This document shows positions 37,001 through 49,395 of a stretch of 64,000 bases of DNA, piece by piece. The stretch comes from Marsupella aquatica. Lineage: Eukaryota; Plantae; Marchantiophyta. Below the pieces are notes generated by a model that did no database searches, had not been told where the DNA came from, and saw nothing but the letters and a program-made list of their open reading frames with translations. Within the stretch, counting starts at the first letter, position 1; every line of letters starts with the position of its first letter. The stretch is from assembly GCA_973895155.1 (NCBI GenBank), contig OZ316893.1, forward strand, positions 23,458,015-23,522,014. Reading direction: 5' to 3'. Made by a program: the position numbers and the translations under genes.

Positions 37001-38507
37001 GGTCCCTGACATTGTGGCCCTGGTTGCCAATTTCTCTTCTTCTTCTCTAGCTAGCTGCAAAGCGATGTACTCCCGGTAGGCCGCCTTGTACCTCCTAATG
37101 CGAGCGTTGGTGAACTCAGGTTTGTCTTGAGATCTCATCCACTCCACTCCCCCTCAAGAGCACAACCGGTGACCAATTCTCGTTCCTCAATTCCCAGAGC
37201 TTGGCCTCGTGCGGCCCCGTACCCAACCACGATAAAATAAATCAGGTTCCCTCTCCAAGTCCTTGTCAATCCCCACTCCAGCTCACTCCATGGCCACTCT
37301 CAGAATCACTCAAGGAAAATAGAGGTAGAACATGGCACCAAGAGGAAGGTTGATGAGGAGAAAAAATGAGGTTCGGCAATGAGTGAGGAGCGCAAAAAAA
37401 CTGAGAAAAAAGAGTTGGACAGGAGCACTTATGTAGGCCGCTCCTCCCCCTAGTTTCGCTCCTAATGGCCAAGGCCTCCCTTCCTGCCCTGCGTACCTGC
37501 TCAGCCCCAAATTTGGGGGGATCCCCTGGGATCCAAGGACCTTAACTGCCCCCTCCCCCTCGGACCTTCTCCACCAGGTTTGGGGGGATTTTAATCCCCC
37601 TTCCTCCTTACGCACCTGCTCCCCCAGGGTTGGGGCATTTATTATCCCCCTCCCCCTCATCTTCGCCCTCTCTCACTCCCTTTGGCGCGCATCCCTATGG
37701 GCGCCTTAATGGCCAACCCCCGTCCACCACCTTGGGGCCCGGTGCCCTATGCTCCCGAGTTTGAGGATCCCCCTGGGATCCAGGGGCCCTTAACTGCCCC
37801 CCCTACGTACCTTCTCCTCTAGGTGTGGGGGATTTTATTACTCCCCTCCCCCCTTACGCGCCACCTGCCCCTATGGCCGCGGCCTCCCCTTGGAAGGGGG
37901 ATTTAATCCCCATTGTGCCCCCTCCTAAGTCCGGGCCTCCCCTTGGCCGGCTCCTCCTTGCGCCTTCTTGCTCGCTCCTTACCGGGCTGGCTCCACTTAT
38001 GCTCCTCCTGGCCGGCTCCCTCTCCCGGGCCTTCTTTCCTGCCCCTGGCCAACTCCTTTTGAAAGGGGAATTTAATCCCCCCTTTGTACCCCTACAAGCT
38101 AAGGCCGGGCCTCTCTTTGGTCGGCTCCCTCTCCCGGGCCTCCTGCTTGCTATGGCCAGCTTCTTTTGGCCGGGGCTAATTTGTGTTGGGGTCCGTGTTG
38201 CTGGCCGGGGCACCTCATGCGACGCTTGGCCACTAACTTCTTTGACCGGCCCCCATACGTAAATACTAGGGTTGGTGATAAAAAATTTAAAGCTAGATAA
38301 TCCCCCGGCTCCAGCATGGAATGGCAATAGGGCACATGCCTTGGCCCGGACCGGCCAGCGGCCAACCCCCCAACTCTGAGGCTTGGCCAACAACTAAAAT
38401 TAAGAGGACATAAAAACCATCAATACTCACCTCATCTTATTGTACGTAAACTATCTTTTGGCGAGGTTGTAAGAGAACAAAAACTTGACACAAATCTATT
38501 TATTTAC
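34078..38507 (-). mobile_element. Unclassified 4.4-kb insertion in gypsy gag, flanked by ATGT direct repeats
   Basis: ATGT at 34074-34077 and 38508-38511. Removal restores gag FRFRKC-VRHYYPLK. Confidence 0.7.
35403..37147 (-). pseudogene. Coiled-coil protein of unknown function (221-aa and 381-aa ORFs joined by a frameshift near 36550)
   Basis: Two overlapping long ORFs with an acidic patch and a heptad-rich coiled coil. Resembles accessory/antisense ORFs of Tat/Athila-type retroelements (inference). Confidence 0.5.
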
Positions 38508-40007
38508 ATGTGTGCGTCACTACTACCCTTTAAAATCATTCTTTGGGACCATTGGCCCCGTCACATCTGGATGCTTCATACAGGAGTTTGATACGTGGTG
38601 CGATATGCAGACATTGCGTAACGCCACGTTGGTTACCCCTTTCATGGCATGGAAGGGATTATTTCAACATTTGGAGGGGCCACCCATGAATGACTACCAT
38701 GAGTTTTGGAAAGCTCATTTGGTTGAGATTGAGGGATGGAGGCAGCATATATTGGTCGCCTAAGTACGTGTCCATCACCTATGGCACTAGTGCAGCTGCC
38801 CAACCCATTGCCACAGCTGTTGCTTCTTCTAGCAACACTAGCAAGAGTGGCACACCATCCACCAGTAGCACTCCAGCAGCATCCACCGCTACTCCTGCCG
38901 GTGTGATTGTGACAGGGACTGGAGTTGTGAGGTGGAATTCTTTGAGGTGGAACTCCTGTGGTGGAATTCTTTGAGATATTAATTGAAGCAGAACTATCAG
39001 GGTGTGAGAACTAATAAGTTGAAGGGTCTCCAGGAGTTTCAGCGCAAGGCTAGAGAGAGTCTACGGGAGGCATACACTCGTATGCACAGATTGATCATTG
39101 TCACCAAGGGAGTGATAGAGGCTCAGACAGTCCAATTTTGGTATGCAATTCTGGACAAAGAATTGCGACGCAGAGTGAGAGATGTCACTTTGCTTAGGGA
39201 TGCAGATCTCACATTAGCAGTTGTTTTTACACTTTCTGAGCGCATTGAGCTCAATATGGTGAATGAGAGGGTGATGACTTCCGGATTTGCCAAGGAAGCA
39301 CCAAAGGTTGCATCTACATCCACACCACAACCTATTGCATGGAAGAGCCAAAGGGAGAAGCCTACTATACGAGAGTCTACCAGCTAGAGACCTGTGCCCT
39401 CTTATGCTGGACAACAGTCAGGATGTTGGACCTGTGGTGGGGATCATGCACAGAGAGATTGCTCAGATCATAGAGGATCAAGGGGAGCATCAGCAACAAT
39501 GTGATCATTGTGGAGCTCCTAGACACACCAAGGATAGGTGTTTCTCACTCCATCTTGAGTTACGAAGAGGAGGATCCCGTACACATGATCAGGGAAGAGG
39601 AGGAGGAGGTAGAGGTGGTGGACGTGGTCGTGGCATGCCACATGGAGGGAGACAAGGAGGTGACGCTGCCCCTGCTATAACCATAGATCCAAAGGATGCC
39701 TAGGATTGCTCAATTGGAGCAACAGCTAGCTGCACGCTATGGCTAGTTCCCAAATGAGACCTACTTTTGGTGATGGGGCATCTACATCCTATGGACCTTC
39801 CACATCTCATGGTCCTTCTACATCTTATGGAGTTGATGGAGACCTTGCCACCATGGGATTCATGTGTGGCACTACACATATTGATGCATCAGCAGCTTTG
39901 ACACGTGGAGCCAAAGCTCTTGAGCCCCAAGGAGTAGTAGTGGAGCTAGATCCACAGAGGAGGGATGCATGTCGGCAGACAAAGCTTACTCAGTCTTTTA
40001 CATTGAT

Positions 40008-40350
40008 CAATCTATTCATTAAAAGTGAATTATTATTCAATTTATGAACATTTGGGCAATAGAAAGTGCACATTTGGCCTTCAAAAAGTGTACTATTAGG
40101 CAAGAAATAAAGTTGATGGCCATCATATGTACCACCATGTTCATCCTTTATAAATGAACTAGGATGAGACTCCTTCTAGTCATTCAAGATCATTTTTGTG
40201 ACCTCAAGTTTACAATTGATCATTTAGGTGTATAGTATTATACCATAGTGTACCTTTTGGGTTTAAAAAGTGTACATTTAGAGACCAAAAAGTGAACATT
40301 TACAGGCCTAAAAGTGAACAAAATAAAATACACTTTTAATGAATAGGGTG
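40008..40350. mobile_element. MITE (~340 bp) in the gypsy
   Basis: TIR CTATTCATTAAAAGTG / CACTTTTAATGAATAG, AT-rich interior with AAAAGTG repeats. The TSD is ambiguous (AT or TGAT). Confidence 0.75.
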
Positions 40351-41510
40351 ATATTGTGAGAGACAGTTCAGACTATCTCTATGAACCCGGTTCGGACAAA
40401 CCCTAGCATTGGTAAGTTGACAGAATCAGGTAGTGATGCAGCAGGGATGACAGGTACCCTGCTGGGGGCGGCTACTGCCATAGTACGCACCGCATTATTT
40501 TCAACAACAGACATGCTGAACTTGGGAGTTGGTTTTGTAGAAATGTTCAGATTGACAGCTACAATCTATGAGGACACTCTAGTTGTTGCTTCCCATGCAG
40601 AAGCAACTTGCAGTGTTCAAGCAGTGAACACCATGCCACCTACTACTACTAGTGAGACATGGCATGCAACAGCAGCGAGGTTGGTGGATTTACCAGCACG
40701 CCCTGCATTTGAGAGGACTAGGTTTAAACCTAGTGTTGTGTCATTGGATAATCGGAGTGGTATCTTCCAATTAGTTGGGTCATCTGGAACAATATACAAG
40801 CCAGAGAGAGTGTTATTGGATACTGGTGCTCAGCCCTTGATGTTGGGGAAGTCTGCCATACATGGATTATGATTGCGTCCAAAGAATTTGGAGGATTGTC
40901 CCTTTCCCATTCAGACTTTATTGGGGGGACCTACACCTACACAGCATATCACTAGGAAACCACTTGATTTGAGGATTCAGGAAGGTCATGCGGTAGATAA
41001 CTCATAGATACAGGCGCAAGCTATTTTGACTAAAGTAGAGTCATATGATGTGTTGGTGGGATGTACAGTGCTCTACCCCATGGGATTTATTCTTGATTTT
41101 TGGGATGAATCAGTGTCATATAGACCTGATTGGCAGTCAGGAGATGCTCGATTGAGCAGGTTGCCAATGAAATTCAATGGACCTGTGGGAGGCCCTAAAT
41201 CCACACTATTGTCTTTGGCAGCATTCAATGGTGTAATTACTGGACCTGATAATTTGATTGAGGGTAATGCGCATGCAGCACATGTTCCACCATTGGAGGA
41301 GTCACATGAGGAGCAGAGATCATGTGGAGATTACCTGTTGGTAGTGTGATGCCACCAGTGTGGGGCATTGGACAGGCCTTGCCACAGGCAGCAGCACGAT
41401 TGGTACATGACGCATGGCGTCATGCTTTTACACCATAGTCAAGAGTAGAGCAGTCTTGTGCAGATGGACCGGTGACTCTTTCACCATTGGATACCACTCC
41501 TATTGCTTGG

Positions 41511-41886
41511 CAGGAGGGTTTTCACCGTGACAGCAAATAGCAAACAGATTTACTGTTACGAGCAAAAATTTTCCTGTTACGAGCAAAAGTTTACTGTTAC
41601 GAGCAAACTAGACAATCTAAAAATGTGTCATTAAAAGTCACAATTTTCAAAATAATTTAAAACATGACAACTTTTTGCTAGTGTAAGGCGATACTATTAC
41701 TAGCTCCGGGCGCTAGCCAAAAAATATCGACTCACAAAAAAAATTTAATATTTTTTCCCCAAATTTTTTTTCAAAATTTTGTTTTAGAAAAAAAGTTCCC
41801 AAAAAAGTTCCAAATTTTTTTCCACCCGTTTGCTGTTACGAGTAACTATTTGCTGTTTGTTGTTTGCTGTCACGGTGGTTATACCC
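41511..41886. mobile_element. MITE (~375 bp) just upstream of the DNMT domain
   Basis: Inverted CACCGTGACAGCAAA / TTTGCTGTCACGGTG, internal CTGTTACGAGCAAA x3, flanking CTTGG direct repeat. Removal restores PIAW-KYPSEG. Confidence 0.75.
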
Positions 41887-41889
41887 CTT

Positions 41890-42871
41890 GGAAGTATCCA
41901 TCGGAGGGTATTTGCTTGTTAGATCTATTTGGTGGGATTAGCACTAGATTGGCTACTGTTCTTCAGGCAGGAATTCCTATGCGTTGTTATTTGTATGTGG
42001 AGACAGATGAGACAGCACGAAGGGTCTCCTTGCGGCATGTAGCTATGTTGGTGGATAGATATCCATAGTTGCTGCCAGTGGATGTTGTTTGTGGTTATCA
42101 GCATGCACTACTTGCTAATATTTCATTGTTAGGGGCGGATCATTTGCATCGTGTTGGCCTCATTGATTTGGTGATTGCTGGTTGGCCATGTCAGGGCCAA
42201 TCTAGAGCTGGCGTTGGGCATGGCTTCATGATCCACGCTCTGCATTGTTTTGGGAGATGTTACGGGTGCTACATCATCTCCAGACACATCAGACACAGTC
42301 TCCAACATACACTTTGGAGAATGTGCCATTGTTAGGTGATGATCGTAGTCAGATTGTTGCCAATGTTCACCAGATGCGGTCTTGGATTGGACCTACTATG
42401 TTATTGGATGCTGCATGTGTGGGTTCTTGTGCACATTGTCCATGCTTATGGTGGACTAATTTGATCCCATGTGAGGTGCTGAAGTGCGCATTTGACAGCA
42501 TTTCACGCTCACTAGCCTTAGTGGTGGATGACATTTTGGATCCAAGGCATCGTGCACAGGGTGTGATCCAACCTGATAGACCTCCATTGGCAGTGGTCAA
42601 TGTAGTTGGGCGCCCACGTTGTGCATTACCCACTCTTGTGAGCCACTCTGCTTCATATGCATTCAGAGTAGGTGGTCCTGGACTTGTGTGGAACATAGCT
42701 CTCCAGCGGTTAGTGGAGCCTACTGCTGATGAGAGGAAGCGTGCTATGGGATTTTTGATAGGCACCACTATAGTTGCCTCAGTATCTCAGAGTTCACGCC
42801 GCCAGGTCCTTGGTCAAGCAATGGATTTGAATTGCTTGACTTGGATTATCAGCTTGGGAGTAGCTGAATAG
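41890..42871 (+). pseudogene. DNMT3-like C5 cytosine methyltransferase domain within gypsy pol
   Basis: Motif I LDLFGGIS, motif II YVETDE, motif IV DLVIAGWPCQGQSRAG (PCQ at 42186-42194), motif VI ENV (42317-42325), motif VIII-like AHCPCLWWTN, ERKRAMGF, motif X RRQVLGQAMD. One stop (42066-42068) and one frameshift (~42230). Confidence 0.88.
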
Positions 42872-43093
42872 TTGCGGATGCACTCTACTGGTGTTCCTGA
42901 TCGTCCATTAGTGAGCTTGCGGTCCATTGAGATAATGATGACCACAGCTGGGGGTGAGCAGACAGTCCATGGACCTATGGCAAGAGTGACCAAGGTTGGA
43001 CAGATTGTTGAGCAAGAAGAGACTGCTCAATCTACTACTAAATAACAATCATCGGCTATCTCTTCTACCCTACAAAAAGATATTAAGGATTTT

Positions 43094-46000
43094 GTGGAGA
43101 GTTGGGAGCCACAGATTGGTCCTAAGTTGACAAGGGAGGAGAGATGTCGCATGCATCAATTCCTGAAGAGTTACTGGAATTGTTTTGCATTCAGCATGAA
43201 GGATTTGGGGACATTGAAGGGCCCTGGTATTCAGATTGAATTGGCTAGTGATGCGCTAATCTTTTGTAGACCATACCATTATAGTGACATGGAGAGAGCT
43301 CTGATTCAAAGCAGAACTCAAGATTTGTTAGAGGCTGGATTGGTGGAGATTTCATATGGGGAATATGCATCTGCCACAGTGATGCCAGCCAACTAAGAAA
43401 GATGTGCATGGCGCGACAATTACACAGATAGGCGCATGTGTGGTGATTACAGACCTATTAATTGCCAAACAAATCTGATCGATATGCCATGCCCACACCT
43501 GAGGAGATCTTTGATGTTGTGGGGCATGCAAAGGTTTTCAGTTCATTGGGTCTGAGGGTAGGGTACCATCAACTTCCAATTAGGCATGCTGACAGGTCCA
43601 AGATAGCATTCTGGGGAATTGATTCTTATGATAAAGATCGTTTGTATTAGTGGTTGTTCTTACCATTTGAGTTGAAGAATGCACCAGCTGAGTTCCAAAG
43701 AGTCATGGATCGAATCCTTGCAGATTTGGATTTTGTCAAATGTTATATTGATGATATTTTGGTCTATTCTTGTACTGTGGAAGAACATCGACAACACTTG
43801 CAGATTGTGTTGGAGAGATTGAGAGCACATGGGTTGAAGCTCCATCCTGGCAAGTGTAAGTTCTTCGAAGACTAGATTGAGTATTTGGGCCACACTATAT
43901 ACCCAAGGGGATTGGGTGTACAACAGACTAAAGTGGAGGCCATTACACAGATTCCTCGTCCTACTGATGTGAGTAGAGTTTGTGAATTCTTGGGATTGAC
44001 GAGCTACTATAGGAGGTATGTTAAAGGATTTAGCCAGCTTGCTAAACCTTTAACCATACTCACTAACTAGATCAGGAATGGATTTGGGGTGATGATCAGG
44101 AGCATGCCTTTCAGGAGTTGAAGCAAAGGTTGGCATCATCCCCTATTTTGAGAAGACCCATTTTAGGTAGACCATTTCGATCAGCTACACACTGATTGGA
44201 GTGGAGTAGCACTTGGAGCAGTGCTGACTCAGAAAGATGATGAAGGGCATGAGTTTGTTGTGGCATATGCTAGTAGATCAAACAATTCAGCTGAGGCTAA
44301 AACAAGAAGCCTTAAAGGGTGAGTAACAAGCCCAAACTCTAAGCACTCTCGTAAAAAAATTGCAGAAACAAAGAAAATGGCAAAAAAGTGGCCAAAAATA
44401 CTACCTGTTTTTTGACAAAATTATAAAACAAACTGAAAGTATTAAAATGACACACTTTTTTCACCATCTCCTAATTACAAAATGATCTCAACTTACTTTT
44501 GATAAAATTACTACCTATAATTTTACTATGCCATTTTAGCAATTTTTACCAAAACATGATTTGTATTTTTAACAAATGATCAAATTACCTCCATAATTTA
44601 TTAGACTTGGGAAATTTTCAAATTCATAAAATATGATCTCTTTTTGACTCTCCAACATGCGCCCCTTCACTCTTTGAGGAAGACTTTTCAATGGAAGATG
44701 ATATCTCCACAAATTCACCACCTACGCTTCCAGATGTACCCGTTCTGATCCAAATCAGATCACTCAATGGCTCCTCTTTTACTCTCAACCTGGCTCTCAA
44801 CATGCCTGAGTTTGATTTGTTAGGCAACATCTGAATTTCACAAACATATTGACCCAACTGGGCTCCCCCAACCTCTTCTTGGGGACCTCTTCCAAATTCT
44901 TATTCTTCCCCTTCAAGTTAATTTCTTGATATTGATTGGCTTCCAATCTCAGCCAAATGATGCAAGTGTGCCCGGGTGACCTTCTTGTGATGATCCTTTC
45001 CTTGCCGGAATTATTTGCAGCCTCAGTAGGTCTTCTTGTGTCCCCGCTTGTGTCAGCGCTCTTACACCTTCCTGGAATTTGAGAGATGTCAGACGACCAT
45101 ATTCACTCTCTCCCCTTGGTGCTTGTTGCAATGCTTGACCTTTCCAAAATGCACAACAATCTGGTTTTGAGACAGGACTTAGTGTTTTTAGAAACTTGTT
45201 ACAATCGGTCTTCATGAATTCATGAGTCCGCTTTCTCAACTGTCCACTATCTTGAAGACCCTTGAGTCGGACACCCAAATTAACACTAGTCTCAACCACA
45301 TGGGATAGAACTTAACGCCCGGGGAGGCTAGTGCTCTCAAATGAGTGGGAAGAACTTAATGTAGACAAAACACACAAAAGAGCAAAAACCCTTTAACTTG
45401 AAACAAATGAAATAACATGTTTTCATGAATAGAGGACGCCTATTTGAACTTAATTGGTCCTTTCTCTAATTTAAATGAATAAGAAATGCTTAAATCATTT
45501 TTCAATAATTAAGCCAATCCTTTCATGACATAGATGAACAAGTCAAGGAAAAAGTTGAAAAAATTATATTTCCAAAAGTTTTTTATGACACAACACTTTA
45601 TTAATTAGTCTTCTTGGCTACTAGGTGGTATCCTAGTCCTTTGACTTTTTGGCTTGTTGGGCAACTTAGGGCTTCTTTGGGCCTTTTCCCTTCCCCATAC
45701 CTCCCTTTACTAGATTGCTCAATTATTAATCTCACAATATTGTTTGGACTACGCAATCCAGTTTACTTGGAGAAATAAATCATTTTTAGGTTTGCATTCC
45801 CACGTTTCATGAGGATAAACATTGGCATTAAAAACCCATATGTTTTTGCCCACCAGTAAAAACCCATATGTTTTTGCCCACCAAGATACGTACTTCCATG
45901 ACTCATGATTGGAGAGTTTGTCTTGTTGACCTACTGTTTCCATATGCTTTTTGGAATATTGGCATTTGGAGCACTTTTTGCTTTTATTTCACCATATTTT

Positions 46001-49000
46001 TTGCATTTCTTGAGATTGAGTGGTTTGTCTTTATCCCCTTTTCTTTCACTTTTGAAGTCTTTCTTTTGGCTATTCTGGAGATTCTCTCCCTAAGATACCT
46101 TATTCTCTTTCATGAATTCATGAAGGGGCTACCACCTGGGAAACTGAGAAACCAAAAGCTTCATGAATTCATGAACCCCAAAACTGGTTGTGACAAAATA
46201 CAAAGGGCAAAGACTCTGTTGCAGGCTCAATGACCTACAAAGGGCTAGGGTAGCCAATTGGCTATGGCAAAGGAGGCTGCGGCCTGGAGAGGGCTATTGC
46301 CCCTCACTTAAGCTCAAGTCGCATCAAGGTGCTGTCATCAGCTGCCGATTGAGGTCAGGCCTAATTTATGGTCTGGGAACGACTGCTAATCTCTGCTGTC
46401 GCCTTCAAAATCCTGAAGCTGAAATTTTGAATTCCTGGTTTGATGTTGATGCTTTGATTGCTGGATTTCACCTGAGTGTTGGACTTTGATTTCTCAGATT
46501 TGGTTATTGAATGAGCTTCTACTGTGATTGACTGCTGCTTGAATTAGCTGTGGTAGACTCTGATTAAATGAGACAGATTCCAATTAGGGGAGATAGCCAC
46601 AAAGGATCAGGGATAATTTGTGAAAAATTGAGCTTGAGAGCTAGATCTCAATCGAGCAGACCTAAGGATTGAAGGGGGAGCGAGTGGAGGATGGGAGAGG
46701 GAGCAAGGGAGATTGGAATGGGATTGATAAGGATTGGAAGGGGATTGGAAGGGGATTGGAAGGGGGGCCATTTAGGGATTGGAGGAGGGTGGACAATCGA
46801 CCGTCAGGGGAACGATCAACCATCAGAGGGGGATGGAGCACCGGAGGAGGGCAGTCGAGCATCAAGGGGATGATCAAACATTGGAGGGGGAGCGGTAAAA
46901 GATCGGGGGGGGGAGGGTTTAGGATTGGGGAAGGGTTTCACTAATCAGGGACCGGGGGAGGGCCGATCGGGAATCAAGATTGATCCAGGGAGGATTAAGG
47001 GTTGACCAGGCCTGGTCTGGGTCAAAATTGAGTCCAAGGTGGGTGGATTGGGAGCAGAAGCAAAGAGAACTATCGAGCTTGGGGGAACTAACTGGAGGGA
47101 GCTAGGAGGATCAGGTAGCTTCTTTCAGGTGAGAACCCGGCTTCATGATTTCATGAAGCCAGGTGGCTGCCCAAATCAAACTCGATGTACATTTCAATAT
47201 TGGTATGGATCAAGAGAGTGGGGAGGACGTGAAGCGCACCAGAGTAGAGGGTGCAACAGAAGATGTAACTATTGAGCTAGCTCGGATTGAAGCAAGGATC
47301 TTCTAGAAGTGGAGAGGAGGTTAGAGAAGCCTTAGATTAGTTGAGTTGCATTGTATTTAGAGATTTAGTGGACTTAGATGCACACCTACAATGGATAGTG
47401 GCATTCTAATTAAGATTTTGAGTTTGTAATTAAGTATGGATTTGTTGTTTTTGGTAATTGTGAAAATGATGTTGAAAATATCCCAAGATTTTCATTGAAA
47501 GAATTATAATAGCAAAGTTCACAAAACATGTTTCATTTTTATATGTTTTTTTAAAGCACTTTTGGAAAAATCATGAAAATCTTGAAAAAGGAATTCGGGC
47601 CTTGGACTCATCCCTTAAGGCTCCATGTTCTAAGTATAGCTCTTATGAGGGAGAGTGTTTGGCAGTAGTGTGGACTGTGGAACACTTCTGCTATTACTTG
47701 TTTGGTAATCCTTTCACTTTGATCACTGATCATCAGCCTCTCAAGTGGTCATCAGCCTCTCAAGTGGTGAATGGAGTCTGACAAGCTTACTCGAAAGCTT
47801 GCAAGATGGGCACTGTTGTTGCAGGAGTATGATTTCCAGATTGTACATAGACCTGGAAAGGTGAACTTGGATGCAGATGGGTTGAGCTGCAACCCATGTA
47901 CCAGTCAACAGGATGAGACTGGAGCCAAATGGCATGATGAGTTAGATAAGGAGATGGTGCCAGGATGGCATATATGCATCTGCCTTTCTTTGTTGGGTGC
48001 CAACATACAATGGATCTGTGGACTCTACCTCATTGGATGGAGTGGACGAGGCTTCAGATGTGGATGTTGGTGAGGTAACTTCTGGACAACAAGATATTCA
48101 CAATGATGTGAGAGTGTTGGAATATTTGCATAGTGGTTCTATTGTTGGCAGTGTTGATGCCAAGGAACGTGACAGGGTTCTACAGAGAGCCAAGAGGTTT
48201 TGATGGGAGGGAACCATCTTCTAAGAGTACTGCGTGATGGTAGGGTGTTCGTGGTACCAAAACCATCACAACGAGTACATTTGGTGCGACATGCGTACGA
48301 GGAGTTGGGTCACTTTGGTGTGAAGCGCACTTACAGCTTGTTGCAAACACAGTATTGGTGGCGTGGTATGCACACTCATGTCAAACAATTGATAGCTAAG
48401 TGTGTGGTATGTGATAGAGTGAGAGCATCATTTAATGCTCCCACTCCCCAGTTGCATTTGTTGCCGATCATGGGTTTGGGATATCGTTGGAGTTTGAATT
48501 TTATTGGTCCATTACCTGTTACCCAACGTCATAATCGGTATGTTTTGGTCATGGTGGAGCACTTCTCCAAGTTGATTGAGCTAGTGGCGTTGCCAGATAA
48601 AGCCAATGGAGGAGTTGCTGCTACATTTTTGGATTGCATACTCAGTCATTTTGGAGCACCAGCTGAGGTGTTGACTGATCAGGGAACTGAGTTTCATGGA
48701 GAGTTTGAGAATTTGTGTGAGCAAGCTCTGATTGATCATCGTACTACCTCTTGTGATCATCTTGAGGCAGATGAATTAGCTGTAAGAGTTGTGCAAACTA
48801 TGAAGAGAGGATTGCGTAAGTATGGCTTGCAAGTTGGTCATCTGGGAGATTGGGATCTCCAACTACCTTGGTTAGCTATGGGCTACCGTTTCAGTTGGCA
48901 AACATCACTTGCATCCTTCTCACCTTACTTTTTGCTCTATGGTAGAGAGCTAGATTTGCCAGCAGCCATTTGTCGTGATGCATTAGTTGTGAACTTGGAT

Positions 49001-49153
49001 GATCCTGATGTTTGGGTCAAGGTGTGTTCAGAGAGAGCACGGGTATTTCAGCGAGTGATGCCCATGGCTTTTGACAACCTTGCCATTGCCCAACATCGTG
49101 ATACTTTGAAGTATGCCACTATTCGTGGAGGAGGTTATCGTGCAAGCATTTGA
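43094..49153 (+). pseudogene. gypsy RT-RNase H-integrase, decayed and split by the 44301-47629 insertion
   Basis: RMCGDYRPIN, GYHQLPI, PFELKNAPAEFQRVMD, YIDDIL, FLGLTSYYRRYVKGF, TDHQPL, LARWALLLQEYDF, and an integrase core. Confidence 0.92.
44301..47629. mobile_element. Non-autonomous TIR DNA transposon (3.3 kb) with 4-bp TSD CTAA
   Basis: Imperfect ~33-bp TIRs AACAAGAAGCCTTAAAGGGTGAGT / ACTCATCCCTTAAGGCTCCATGTT. CTAA at 44297-44300 and 47630-47633. Removal restores RNase H NSAEAK-YSSYEGE. Confidence 0.85.
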
Positions 49154-49395
49154 TGATTTTATCCTATTGATTATGTTTATTTGCAGCAAACAGCACCCAC
49201 AACACTTGATGTGACCGTAGGCCGGACAATCTTACATGTGCGTGAAGTGTTGCCTTCTGGTGTCCTGATTTTGGAGGGACGCGATGGTATGGTTTGGAAG
49301 GATCATGTGCGCAACTGTGCACCATGTCACCTTCCCAACATTGATGGTACGGTAGATCTAATTCAAGCTTGGCACATGTTTGTGCTGGCTTGAAA

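Noticed and set aside
41890-42871. Bacterial restriction-modification methylase or contamination
   Set aside because: It is embedded collinearly in gypsy pol, has DNMT3-like motifs and shows the same decay pattern as the rest of the element.
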